Position numbers and translations under genes: made by a program. Source: Amphiscolops sp. MND2022 (taxonomy: Eukaryota). From it: DNA of 64,000 bases. The stretch lies in NCBI GenBank assembly GCA_964187785.1, contig OZ076416.1, forward strand, positions 8,246,001 through 8,310,000. The letters run 5' to 3'. The notes under the pieces are model-generated. The model ran no database searches. It was given only the letters and a program-made list of their open reading frames with translations, and was not told the DNA's origin. Positions 36,925 through 48,792 of this stretch are shown here, piece after piece; the first letter of the stretch is position 1; each line of letters starts with the position of its first letter.

Positions 36925-38120
36925 TTAATCCTAGTTTTTCCAAAAAGGCTCCCGAAGTTTCCCATGTTTTGTAAATCAATAAGACTTGCATGCCTGGAAG
37001 TAGCATGAAAAACCTCCCAGCTATTCAACTAGGGATAGAACGAAGAGCGTAGTGGCACTGTGATGTTTTTTGTATAAAAAGACCGAAAAGGCAGCCTTAG
37101 GACTCTGAAATCAATTTTTATCAGAAAAGACCTCAAAATTGGGTTAAGCATTTTTGAAAAAAAAGTTCTGTGATAATTCGCACATTATCGAAAACCCTAA
37201 AAAGCTGTCTCTGGTTCTCGCAAAAAAGTTTGTTTGTGTCTGAAGTAATCTCAGGAAAAGGATAGCTGAAAAAAAAAGAAGTAAGAGTTCAATGTTTACT
37301 GTAGCTCACGTTTAATACAAATGATACCAAGTTTTTATGAAAGCTAGATAGCTGTTAGTAAACAATGCTAAAAATAGCAACGGCATTGTTGATCAACAGT
37401 CCTAATTCCGATTGATGTTGCTTTTCAGTTTCAAAATTCAAAAGGGCCTTTCAAATTTTAAAAACGCAGAAAAAAAGCAGGGCCCTGTGGTTTTCCCACC
37501 AACTTTCTTTTAAAAAGTTTAATCCTACAGTTTTTCAAAAAAGGCTCCCGAAGTTTCCCATGTTTTGTAAATCAATAAGACTTGCATGCCTGGAAGTAGC
37601 ATGAAAAACCTCCCAGCTATTCAACTAGGGATAGAACGAAGAGCGTAGTGACACTGTGATGTTTTTTGTATAAAAAGACCGAAAAGGCAGCCTTAGGACT
37701 CTGAAATCAATTTTTATCAGAAAAGACCTCTAAATTGGGTTGAGCATTTTTGAAAAAAAAATGCTCTGTGATAATTCGCACATTATCGAAAACCCTAAAA
37801 AGCTGTCAATGGTTCTCGCAAAAAAAGGTTTGTTTGTGTCTGAAGTAATCTCAGGAAAAGGATAGCTGAAAAAAAAGAAGTAAGAGTTCAATGCTCACTG
37901 TAGCTCACGTTTAATACAAATGATACCAAGTTTTTATGAAAGCTAGATAGCTGTTAGTAAACAATGCTAAAAATAGCAACGGGATTGTTGATCAACAGTC
38001 CTAATTTCGATTGATGTTGCTTTTCAGTGTCAAATTCAAAAGGGCCTTTCAAATTTTAAAAACGCAGAAAAAAGCAGGGCCCTGTGGTTTTCCCACCAAC
38101 TTTCTTTTAAAAAGTTTAAA
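36925..38120. repeat. Direct tandem duplication, period ~596 bp
   Basis: GGCTCCCGAAG at 36947 and 37543; co-linear with scattered SNPs and indels; junction microhomology TTTAA. Confidence 0.92.
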
Positions 38121-38257
38121 AGTATAGAATATGTTTCGGGAAGTTGCTGGTCAAAGCTGTACTTTTTTAAAAGAAAAACTACTAGTTTTTCTTTTAAAAA
38201 AGTACAGCTTTGACCAGCAACTTCCCGAAACATATTCTATACTTTTAAACTTTTTAA
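38107..38257. repeat. Perfect palindrome: 75-bp arms, 1-nt centre (C38182)
   Basis: TTAAAAAGTTTAAAAGTATAG...AAAAACTA-C-TAGTTTTT...CTATACTTTTAAACTTTTTAA. Confidence 0.97.
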
Positions 38258-38423
38258 CAGGTACAGTAGTACTGTATCTGAACAAACAGGAATTTCAGAC
38301 AACTTTGATTTAGAATTTGGGATTTATAATTGCATGCAACACAAAAATTTCGCCGAATTCTTCTCATTTCCTCACAGAGAACAAAACATAACAATTGAGC
38401 AAACATTTCCAAACTACCCAAAC

Positions 38424-39016
38424 TTTTTATTCGGCGCTTCATGAAGTGCAACGCGACTATTATAGTGACTCTTTTTTTTCTATCCACACGAACTGACCAA
38501 GAGAGTTCTTAAAAGTTCTACAAAATATTATTGCACCAAATTGCACCATTTGGCCTAGCGAACTGAACCAAAAAGGTTTTTCTTGTTTTTTCGCATAACA
38601 TTCCATAGTGGGCGAGACCAAAGGGTCCCCCTTACAATTTTTTTGGCACTGCGAGACTTTTTGTCCGTAAATTGTTTCCCAAAGGGTCCCCCTTCACTTT
38701 TTTGCTTTTTTGCGTGCGAATGAATGTTGAAAAACCCCAAAGGGTCCCCCCTTTCAGTTTTTCGGCATTGTGAGACTTTTTTGAAAATTTGTTTTTTCTC
38801 CAAAGGGTCCCCACTTCAACTGCGACAAAAATGTTGACAATTTCGGAAGTGTCCCCCTTTTAGCGCCCCAGGTGCTCGCGCTAGCCGGCCCCGCACCCCA
38901 CTCGGTCCACTTTTTTTGTTTTTCGATTTTCGAGTACTGTAAATTGACACTTGGAAGTCCTTTTGCTACTTTTGAGCATTGGATTTGGCGCCGACTTGGG
39001 CCGGTCCCTGCTTGTT
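38424..39016 (-). mobile_element. Family A (DINE-1/HINE-like) copy
   Basis: Tail TTTTTATTCGGCGCTTC at 38424; head ...GGCGCCGACTTGGGCCGGTCCCTGCTTGTT ending at 39016. Confidence 0.75.
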
Positions 39017-39045
39017 TCTTACACTGTACAGCCGTTGTATCTCAA

Positions 39046-39410
39046 AACAAGCCAGGAACAGCTTAGGTTGGCGCCACGCCTAAGGCTCAAAAATAGCAAA
39101 AGGATTTCAAAGTGTCAATTGTTTTTTAGTGTTAAAAAGGGAAACCCTTTGGGCCTTTTTAAAATCCATTCTGCTGCAAAATATTTTTAAAAATTGAAGG
39201 GAGCACCTTTTGGTGACATCAAAATTTTTCCAAAAAATCTCACAATGCAGACAAAAATTGAAAGCGGGACCCTTCAGTCATGTCTGGTATTGTATGTTAC
39301 GCAGAAAAAAAGGACAAGCTTTATAGCTCAGTTCCCTGGGCCAAATCGTCCAATTGGGTCAGTTTGTGCGAGTTGAAAAAAGTGCGACTTCCTGAAGCGT
39401 CGACTAAAAA
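39046..39410 (+). mobile_element. Family A copy, head-to-head with the previous one
   Basis: Head AACAAGCCAGGAACAGC...GGCGCCACGCCTAAGGCTCAAAAA; tail GCGTCGACTAAAAA. Confidence 0.75.
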
Positions 39411-39543
39411 CTAGTTGCGCTTGAGACTTCCAACAACTTATCCACTAGAGCTTTTGTCATTCATTGTGCTTGATACTTTTCCACCAAACCATCTTCCTTG
39501 TAGTTCAATAGCTACGTCAATAGTATGCATATATGCTGCGATG

Positions 39544-40340
39544 CCCGGGTTTCCCGACCAGGCCGATCATAATCTGACCATATTATGGCTCGAAACAAGT
39601 CATACACATTTCTTTACTATGACCTTGCCATGATCGGCCTGAAATCATAGATGGTCCAGCGTAGGAACAGTCTGAAATCATAAATGGCCCTTAGTATGGA
39701 CTACTTGAAATCATAAAAACCTAAAAGTTCAATTCTAACCAGATAAATACCAGACATGGCAACCACTTGTGCACAAAGTGCACAGAAATTTGTTGCCGAG
39801 GTCCTCATGCTGTATTTTAAGGAGAGCGCTCAGCTCGTGATATACATAGCATCGCACTTGACGAGACCCACGACAAGAACGTGGCCTCCTTCGGGTCTCA
39901 AAAAAAGTAAAGCACAATAAACTTCGGGGGTTTGGTACTGCAGTGAAATCTCGAATTTAGATAAGTTTACCAGTATGATGGTAGTTGATGCAATTGAATA
40001 ACTCTAAAACCTGTTTTTTTATCATTAAAAAGTTTTTCGTGAAACTAAAATAAGTTGCAAAAAAGCAACAAATTTATCCTTTTTTCTTAACATTTCACCA
40101 AGTTTTCAAATGGCTCGGGGAAAGGAAAACGTTCCAAATAGTGTTTCAGGCCGATCATAGACTGAACCATATATGGCCCAGAATATGGTCAAGCTGGAAC
40201 CATGAACTTTGCTCTTTTATGGAACATGGCGTATCATAGACTGGACCATGTATGTCCAGAGTATCATCAGCCTGGAATCATACTGTTAGTATGATGGCAG
40301 AGTATGATTGACCTGTTTTTGTATGGGAGGGAAACCCGAG
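39544..40340. mobile_element. Non-autonomous animal-type CACTA/EnSpm-like element, copy 2
   Basis: CCCGGGTTTC...GAAACCCGAG termini, 2-bp TSD TG/TG, same subterminal repeats as 35714-36497. Confidence 0.75.
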
Positions 40341-40575
40341 TGATGGCTCGCAATTGATACAATTTGCAGATGACACTTTCATTTTTTCTCGACATCCATG
40401 GAATATGCAAATTTGCGACTTGAAAAAAGAATTGAGGTGTCGATCGTTCTGGATTTTATCAACAAACACAAACCAAATGTCATTGCATCAAAAACGGATT
40501 GCATTAAAAGCGCCGACTAAAAACAAGTGAAGAAACACGTGAAAACGACCCAGACATTTTCCCCATTTTTCCCAG

Positions 40576-40798
40576 GTACATGAGTTTGGACGACATCAAG
40601 GAAGCGGCGGAACAGGATGAACTCAAACAGCCGCCGGAAGAACTTCTGATGGATGCCAACAAGCATTTCATTGACCGGAGCCAGACTCTAAGCAGCAAAA
40701 TGAAGTCCAGATGGAAAACTGTCAAACGCGCGTTATCCAGGGGCTCGTCTTTGAGGAAGATTAATGCCCAGAAAAAGACCGAAATTGACAATGGCTAG
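40576..40798 (+). CDS. Unknown host gene 1, terminal exon 5
   Basis: Acceptor TTTTCCCAG|G (phase 2, matches exon 4); ...KSRWKTVKRALSRGSSLRK...NG*. The five exons total 2433 nt, i.e. 810 aa plus stop. Confidence 0.8.
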
Positions 40799-41493
40799 CT
40801 ATTAGATACGGACGAACTTTATTCAAATAATACCCTCATTCCTATATAAACAGAGTAATGTTTTTGGTAATCGCTTCATTTTGTAATATCATTGGTATCA
40901 AATTTAAAAAGTCAAGAAAATCTCGACCAAAGTTGGTAACGTTCAAAAAACGAGACACCAACTAAATACCGCACTGATCGTTTCAATTTATCCTTGATCG
41001 TAATCTCCCTTATACATCTTAGTCTGTAATTGCTACCAGTAACGTGCAAAAAACTTACAGAAACAACGTTTTAAAAGTAGAAAAAAAACCTCTAAATCAT
41101 GGTTTAGTATATAAAGCACACGTCACAGAGAATCGAGTAGTGAATATGGCAAGGAAAACGTCTCAGAAATTCGAGAAAAACCTGTTAGACGTTGCTTTTT
41201 TGTATCTGGTGAACGATTTGACAGAATTGACCCTGCCGATTTTAGGAACAAAGACTACCAGAACTTTTGTTTTGTTTACTGTCATTGCTGTATGTTGCAA
41301 ATTTAGAGTATAGCTCAAACAGAAAAAGTTAAACAGTAGATCTATTCCTAGAAACTAACTTCTTTCTTAGTAGTAAGCTTAGAAAACAACATCATGCTGT
41401 AGCCGATTTTACAATTGATTGAATTTAAATGGGCCGATTGCTTTGGGAAGCTCAGATTTTTTTCAAACAGCGGATCAATCTGCATTCTGGTTT

Positions 41494-42013
41494 AACAAGC
41501 CAGGAACGGCATAAGTCGGCGCCACATCTAAGGCTCAAAAATTGCAAAAGGACTTCAACGTGTCAAGTATTCTCTTTTACAGTACCCGAAAAACCCAAAA
41601 GTTGGACCGAATTGGCGCGCTAAAATAATTGGACCCCTTGGGAGTTTTCAACATTTACGTCGCAAAACATCAAGAAAAGTGAAGTGGGCCCTTTGGTGAA
41701 AACAAAATTCCGAATAAAGTCCCACAATGCCGAAAAAGAATGGACCCTTTGATGGAAAATTTTCTTGGAAAAAAGTTCCCCAATGCCGAAAATAAAACTT
41801 TTTAATGGGGGGACCCATTAGTCTTGCCCGGTATTGTATGGTACGCGAAAAAAGAGGAAAACCCTTTTTGGTTCAGTTCGCTAGACCAAATGGTGCAATT
41901 TGACATCATAAAATTTTGTAGAACTTTTATGTTTAAAGTTTTAAGTTTAAGTTTCAAGTTTAACTATTTTTTGGTCAGTTCATGTGGATTGAAAGAAAGC
42001 GCCGACTAAAAAA
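41494..42013 (+). mobile_element. Family A copy
   Basis: Head AACAAGCCAGGAACGGCATAAGTCGGCGCC; tail GCGCCGACTAAAAA. Confidence 0.8.
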
Positions 42014-42199
42014 GAACTTGAAAAAAAAGAGTTTAATTAGTTTGTATCGATCAAGGAATTCCTCAATATCCAGCCTCAATCAGCGAATAACTTTGCACTT
42101 TGCGTTAACTCAACACAAAACAGTCAGGAGTTAATATATGGATAGCATGAAATTTTTGGAACTTAATTCACAGTATTGTTCTGGAGTTACCTCAAAAAA

Positions 42200-44760
42200 A
42201 AATCACAACATGAACAAAACCCCATTACTGAAAAAAAATAAGAAATAAAACTAGATACCTGGTGGACAGAAAACGAATCCGAAAAACAAAAACACCTTAT
42301 TTGGGACATACATATTTTTCAAAATTACGAGAGCGGAATACAAAACAGAACCGGACACAATCGGTATAAAAGAACTGATCAGAATACTAGCGAAGAATAC
42401 TTACTAAAGCGGATCACAATCATTATAGAAAAGACGTTTCTGGGCAGAACAGAGGATGAAACACAGAGGAAGAATTTTGTAGAAAACCGATCAACATAAA
42501 ACGAGTGCTTTTCAATACGATATCAGGGGAAAAAAACAAAAAAAGAAACCTATATGACGGAATTTGCTACAGAATTCTTAAAATTGTCTTTACCGACAAA
42601 CAATTACGCAACAAAATGATTGTACAAACACTTGTAGAAGAAAACAACCGGGCTAATTGAACAATACACCTATAAGACAAAACAAGAAAAAAATACCGGA
42701 GGCTTTTATTCCCGCAGAAGAGAGGCAGACAGTGAAGGACGTTCCGATAACAAAATGGGAAACTTCGCAACTAAAAATAAGAGTTGGAATAACCAAACTA
42801 TGCAGGTTATGAAACTCTCCAACCTGGAATCTACCACAAATGCCCCGCATTAAAGTCTGAATGCAATAAATACAGTACAAAAAGTCACTTTGAGACTAAA
42901 AACTTCCAAAACCGGGCGGTGAAAAAACACGTCGAAGAAAAAGACAAGAAGACAGCCCAACAAACGAATCAGTTGACAGCAAACATCACATGAAAAAAAA
43001 AGAAAAAAACAGAAGATAAAATTTACCCAGCCAAAACAAAAACCAACGGAAGATATTAAAAAGTCATTAACGACATGGGCTCATAGTTATGCCACCAGGA
43101 ACTTCAAAGTCAAACACAATACAGAAAAAAAAACAAATGGATAACAAGAGATAAACAAGATTGAAGTAAAAATTGTGAGCGATATATCTGCAAACATCTA
43201 ATAGGAAAACCACAAACAAAAAAATCATTGTTACCAAAGGAACAGACAGATTGGAGGGGATTGGAAACTTTAGGCTAACAATCGGAAGATTACAATAGGC
43301 CGAAAACATCAAATCAAAGAGACAAACTTTTCAATAGGTTTCCGGATTTGTTTACAACAACAATACAAAAACAGAAGCTAAAACCATTTTACAATTAGAA
43401 CCAGGATTTTATTTCGTAAACCAGGTAGCTAGACTAATGCTGCTACATCGAAACAACGTGGGAATAGTTTTAGAAAATCGATTGAGACCAGGATACTCAG
43501 AAGAAAGGAGCAATCTCGATGAAGGTTGTTTTTAGTCCTCTGTGGTACTTACCGTAAAGAACGGGAAATCAGTAAAAAAAAATTAGCACCCAATTGCCAT
43601 GAAATAATTGACAGGTGTTTAAAAACCAGCCCTCACATGCCGAACATGGAGGAGTTAATCAACCAATTTTCGGTGGAAAATGCCAAAATCTGAACCAGAC
43701 CAATATTCTTATCTAAAATCGATTTGGACTACCCATAACGACAACTAAAATTATCCGAAAAAAAACAAGCCAAAAAAACGTAACTCAACCACCTTGTGGA
43801 GAATATAGCGATACGATATATTCAAAAGTGGGTTTTAAGGACTGGCCTTCAAACCCACATTCTTCCAAGTAAGAAGTGACGGTATTTACACTTGAATATT
43901 GTAAAATGGTATGTTTAGACTGTCAAACGATGGTAAGCCACGGTACCAAATAGGGGACGGAGAGTAAACGTTGGGAGAAATGGAAGTTGGGATAGTGGAA
44001 AACAGACGGAGTCCTACATGAATCGAACAACGTAGTTGGAACACGAATTACGGAAGGAAACCGATTGATGAAAAAGTAGAAACCATCATCAAACTAAAGC
44101 GACCGGAGAGAGCAAAGCAACTAAAACCTTTCCTCGGAGCTACACAAAAAATGCAAAAGTTTTCCCTAAACATTGAGAAGAAAAGACGGACTGACTTCCA
44201 ATCTTACTGAAGAAGGAGGAATGTAAGTCGTGAGACGACAATGAACAGATTTAACCAAAAAACCATGCCTAGCACGTTACTCAAGATCAAAGACAACATG
44301 GTTACTTCCGAGAGCAGCAAAACCGGACTTAGTTTTACACTCTGGCAAAAACAATATGACAGAAATGTCAAACTAGTGCACACGGCAGTCGACTTATAGC
44401 CGACAAAGAAAAGAACTGTTATGTCAGATAGCTTGAATTGTACCTAGCTCTCTGAGTATAAGTACATTTATACACAAATCGCCAGGCCTGAGAATCGTTC
44501 ATTGAAAGAACCGATATAGCTAGGAATATAGCGTTCTACTATCTATGTGGTTAGATAGATTAGCACATTTCGATTGTGCGATACTGCATTTACTAATTTG
44601 TTCAGGGGAAATCCGGTAAGTGGAACAATATTGGGGCTATCGTTACGAAGATGACTAGGTAATTAGTACATTAACAGTGCAAGACGAACTGAATTTTAAG
44701 TAAGTACGGACCATTCAAAGAGTAACAAAGCTAGAACGGAAATTTTAAAATGAGAAAACT
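42200..44760 (+). pseudogene. Degraded Ty3/gypsy gag-pol remnant
   Basis: HMPNMEELINQFS and SKIDLDY near 43630-43730; WLDRLAHFD near 44545; many disruptions. Confidence 0.75.
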
Positions 44761-45059
44761 GTGTATCAATCACAGTTAAATAAGACGTTCAAGAGCGGAA
44801 ACTGCGCGAACAAAAATGAAACCAGCAAAATTACATTCAGGAAACCCAAAAGTAGCATCTCAAATCTACGTCACAATTGAAATCTACCTTAATGTGCCAA
44901 AACGTCCAGCTTCATATTGTGCGTGCATGAAAAAACCAATCGTTCATATTTTCCTTGACAAATCTATTATTAGTGCTTTGATTTTTGGACTTTAAATTAC
45001 GAACGCCTGTGAGATTTTTTCAAAAACCTCGATCTATCGTTATTGTCCGAAAATTTGCA

Positions 45060-45320
45060 ATGATTCAAGTTCTCATCGCTTCCGGAATGACTATCTGGTA
45101 CGTATCTAGACACGTATTACAAGCGTCAGTTGTAATATAATTATATTTCTGTGGATCAAAGTGCGCCAGACACAGTGCTTTCTTGATTTCATTCCTAAGC
45201 TTCTCGAAATCTTCATTTATATCCGGTGTCCACTCCCAATTTACACCTTTCTTTAGCTTTTTTTAGTAGTCTTCTCATTTCACCAAGGTTCAGGTTACCT
45301 TTTTGTTGTATTGGTTTGGA
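45060..45320 (-). pseudogene. gypsy RT/RNase H junction fragment
   Basis: Minus frame WEWTPDINEDFEKLRNEIKKALCLAHFDPQKYNYITTDACNT. Confidence 0.75.
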
Positions 45321-45524
45321 ATCATTTTCAATTGGATATCATTGTCAAGTCCTTTATCGTGTGGTTGTTGCTGAATAGATCTTCGTATTCTCTAAAATTG
45401 TTCTCACGTCTTCCGTCGTTGTTCAAATTTCTGATAATGTTGGTGTTTTTGTTTCCATTTTATCTAACCAATTTAGTCACAATAATGGCTGTGTATCTTT
45501 GTTTTCCGTGGTGAGTATCCGCAG

Positions 45525-46036
45525 TTTTTAGTCGGCGCCTTTTCCCTTAAGGAAAAAAGCCCGACTCTTACAGTGAGTAGTTTTTTTTGTTTTTTTTTCA
45601 GTTGACAATCTCATTCTGAGTGGTCCACTTTTCTTACAATTTGTTCATCTTTCATATTTGTTCATCTTCCATCTTCGACCAAGCCGGAGAGCGTGGGTTT
45701 GATTTTAATGCTTCCAAAAGTACAGGTGAGACCAAAGGGTCCCCCTTTGGGTTTTTTTCGGCACTATGCGACTTTTTTCGAAAATTTTCGAATTTTATCA
45801 AAGGGTACCCCCTTGCATTTTTTTGAAGTTTTCGGTTTGTAGAAAACGTTGAATGAGCCTGAATGGCCTCTTTTTGAGTTTTTCGGCATTGTCCGACTTA
45901 AAAAATACTTTTTTCGAAAAAAATTCAAAAATAATTTTTTTGAAAAAATTTTTTTTTCCAAAAATTTCCAATAGCTGTTCCTTGAATATTTTTGAGCCTA
46001 AGATATGGCGCCGACTTGGGACGTTCCCGTCTTGTT
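45525..46036 (-). mobile_element. Family A copy
   Basis: Head GAGCCTAAGATATGGCGCCGACTTGGGACGTTCCCGTCTTGTT ending at 46036; tail TTTTTAGTCGGCGC at 45525. Confidence 0.7.
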
Positions 46037-46039
46037 CGT

Positions 46040-47240
46040 TATTCTTTTCGGTTTTGACTTCTACCATGGCTTCGCCTTTGAATTCCATTGGGTTCTTGTT
46101 CTAGGGAGCAGTCCGTGGTCTCTTGTTTTTCGTTTGGAGTAATTATTGGCGGAGTAATTGTAACTGGAGAGCCTGTGTCAATAACGAAATTTAGAAATGT
46201 AGAAGTCAATCAGGTTAACGCTGTTCGCGGACAGTTTGTGATCAATTTCTGGCCATGGCTCCGTATTACTGCCCATTTCTTCTTCTTCCTGTATCCGGTT
46301 TGCGGCCTTTGATGTCATACTTTGGCAGAGTGTCCACAATTTCTCTTGCAATTGTTACACTGCTTTCCGCGCCGGGCATGAACTTACCAGTGTCCAATTT
46401 GCTTTCCTGCAAAAATGGCAGTTTCGAATATTTCGTTTCTTGTCCGTATCGTTCGATCTCTTCTTCCGTATTGGTTTTGTGTAGGCCATCTGTTCTCCGT
46501 GTGAGGAACTTCCTGAGGATGTTTTCCTTTGTTTTCAATTCTTGGGTTTTCCCCCGTATTTACGGTTGTAGTTGTCCCCTTCGAGGGTTCCCGATGGTAA
46601 TTTCAATGGTCCTTTGATGAACTTGTCCCGTGCTTTTGTGTCGTGTATCGTGGCTGCGAATTTGTACGTAATTATTTCTACTGGCGTGATTCTGTTGAAT
46701 TCGCACTTTCTTTTTTCTTTCAATATCCACGAGTTTTTTCCAGTTTTCATTAGGTGCCTCATTGTCTTCTTGTTTGATTTCAAAGAAATGTGCTCTGCTG
46801 TGGAATACGTTTTTCGTTGGTAAAAAGGTTGGTTCTTCTTGAACAATTTTTCGTTGGTTCTTCTCGAACAATTTTTACGTTTCTTGTAAGCTGATATCTT
46901 TCATTTCTTTGCCCCACTGGCCTCTCATGATCTCATGCTTTGCTTTAGTGCCCAATGCCCATATGACATCACCTTTGATGTGTGTTATTTGTGCATCTAG
47001 AGAGTCTGTCCCTTGTTCCATTAACTCGTCTAAATTTTTGTGGGATGTGAGGTAAATGTATTCTGAGATTTGTTACTACCACATTCTCGGGTTTGTTTTT
47101 GTCAGGTCCGTTTCTCTATCCGGAAAAATCGGTCTTTTGTATTTGTTTTTTTCCATCCTTGTATAATCTGGGTTTGATTCGGGGCGGTCTAGTCAGGTGT
47201 GTTTGTAGTATCCTTATATTCTCGTTCTTTATGCTGACTG
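46040..47240 (-). pseudogene. gypsy gag remnant
   Basis: PTKNVFHSRAHFFEIKQED and RKCEFNRITPVEIITYKFAATIHDTKARDKFIKGPLKL, split over frames; related to the gag remnant at 17800-18170. Confidence 0.65.
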
Positions 47241-48061
47241 GGCCTTGTAATAGACTGATAAAAAAGAGGTAAAAAGGATATTTATTGTAAAATCAAACGA
47301 ATGTACTATAAACAAAACTCAGTATAGTAAGTGTTTGTATTATACTGTATTGAACGCAAAGCACTAATATAATGAATGCAGTGTCTAGGATGTTTATGTA
47401 AGGCAGGTACTTCTATGTCAAAGTTGATTGACATTATCTATTCTTCACTTGTATTTTTCACAACTGTATTTTTCAAGCTGCTTGAAACTTTCATGAGAAT
47501 TTTAGGGACATTCCGAATCCACGAAATTTCGAAAACTTCAGTTTGCGTTAGTTTTGTTTCTACATGCAAGTGAGATTTCATCAAGTTTACCACCGTTTCA
47601 CTGCAAATTAATTTCGCTCACGTTGTATACGGCAAATCGGCTTTATGTTCATCTGTGATTATTGTGTTTTTCTCCTGTGCTATTTGGGAACTGATGATCG
47701 CGTCAGAAGAATGGTTGAGATGTCTAAGTGTGGATACAAGGCAATCGTGCAAATCGCGAAGTCGTTGATTCACAGGAAAAATATAGACGATCGACTTTCG
47801 ACTTCCGACCTCTTATCAGCAAAGAGGTTTCTTCTAAAACCTTTGGCCTTTGAACTTTTGACATATTCCGACTTGAATCTTTCACTTTGACAGTTCATCT
47901 AAAAAGAAATCCCAATTTTGAAATTTCGAATTTTTAAAATAGATTTCAATATGATTCGGGTATTAAACTTTCTTTAAAACAATTGATTCATTCTAGACGA
48001 AATTGGGGCGTTTTTGCGCAACCAAATGTCTTGTCATTTGTCTGTTTGGTTTTGGTATGGA

Positions 48062-48267
48062 CAGAGTTGAAAGCGGGCTAAAAAATCGAGGCCCGGGCCC
48101 GGCCCGGCCCGGCCCGCCCCGGCCCGCCCAGGCCCGGTCAAAACTTTTGAAAATCCTACTAATAGACAGAAAATGAATTTAATTCGGACTCTTTTTGTTC
48201 AAAACCTATTGAAACACAGGCCCGGCCCGGCCCGGCCCGGCCCGAACCCGGCCCGGTTCCAACTCTG
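48062..48267. mobile_element. hAT-like MITE (206 bp) with (GGCCC)n subterminal tracts
   Basis: TIR CAGAGTTG...CAACTCTG; 8-bp flanks GGTATGGA/GGTATGGT. Confidence 0.85.
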
Positions 48268-48313
48268 GGTATGGTTATATATATTTTGTCTAGTCTCCTT
48301 CGAATCCTAGATC

Positions 48314-48464
48314 GGCAATTTGATTGGACAGAAGAGTTGGGCAATTTGATTGGACAGAAGAGTTGGGCAATTTGATTGGACAGAAGAGTTGGGCAATTTG
48401 ATTGGACAGAAGAGTTGGGCAATTTGATTGGACAGAAGAGTTCAGCATTGGATTGGACAGAAGC
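48314..48464. repeat. 26-bp minisatellite (GGCAATTTGATTGGACAGAAGAGTTG) x5 plus 1 degenerate copy, in the predicted 3' UTR of the claudin-like gene
   Basis: Units at 48314, 48340, 48366, 48392 and 48418. Confidence 0.95.
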
Positions 48465-48466
48465 GT

Positions 48467-48699
48467 TTAGTAGTAAGGAGAAGTGGTCTCTCTAATCATG
48501 TGAATGCCTACAGCGTTGAGAAGAATGAAAATGACCAACTCCACTACACAGTTGATCCAGGCTAGTATCATCCCGTACCCAGTGTCTGTCAGCTTAAACT
48601 TCACATCCTCCCCTTCCCGGCTTGTGAAATGATCGACGTCACCAAAGAACAGCATGGTGAACACCACGGCTGTTACGTAACTGGCAATCTGGATTATTC
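48467..48699 (-). CDS. Claudin/PMP22-like gene A, exon 3 (TM3-TM4)
   Basis: Acceptor TTTTCTCAG|GA (phase 1); GIIQIASYVTAVVFTMLFF...TGYGMILAWINCVVELVIFILL...YY*. Confidence 0.9.
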
Positions 48700-48792
48700 C
48701 TGAGAAAAAATTTTATTGAAAAAAAAACGAGATTAAAACACAAAATATTACTAAAACTGGTTATTTTTTGTTGTTTTGTTTCTAATTTTTTT

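Noticed and set aside
48159-48422. 87-aa repeat-protein ORF
   Set aside because: Translation of the 26-bp minisatellite and the hAT MITE in a 3' UTR.
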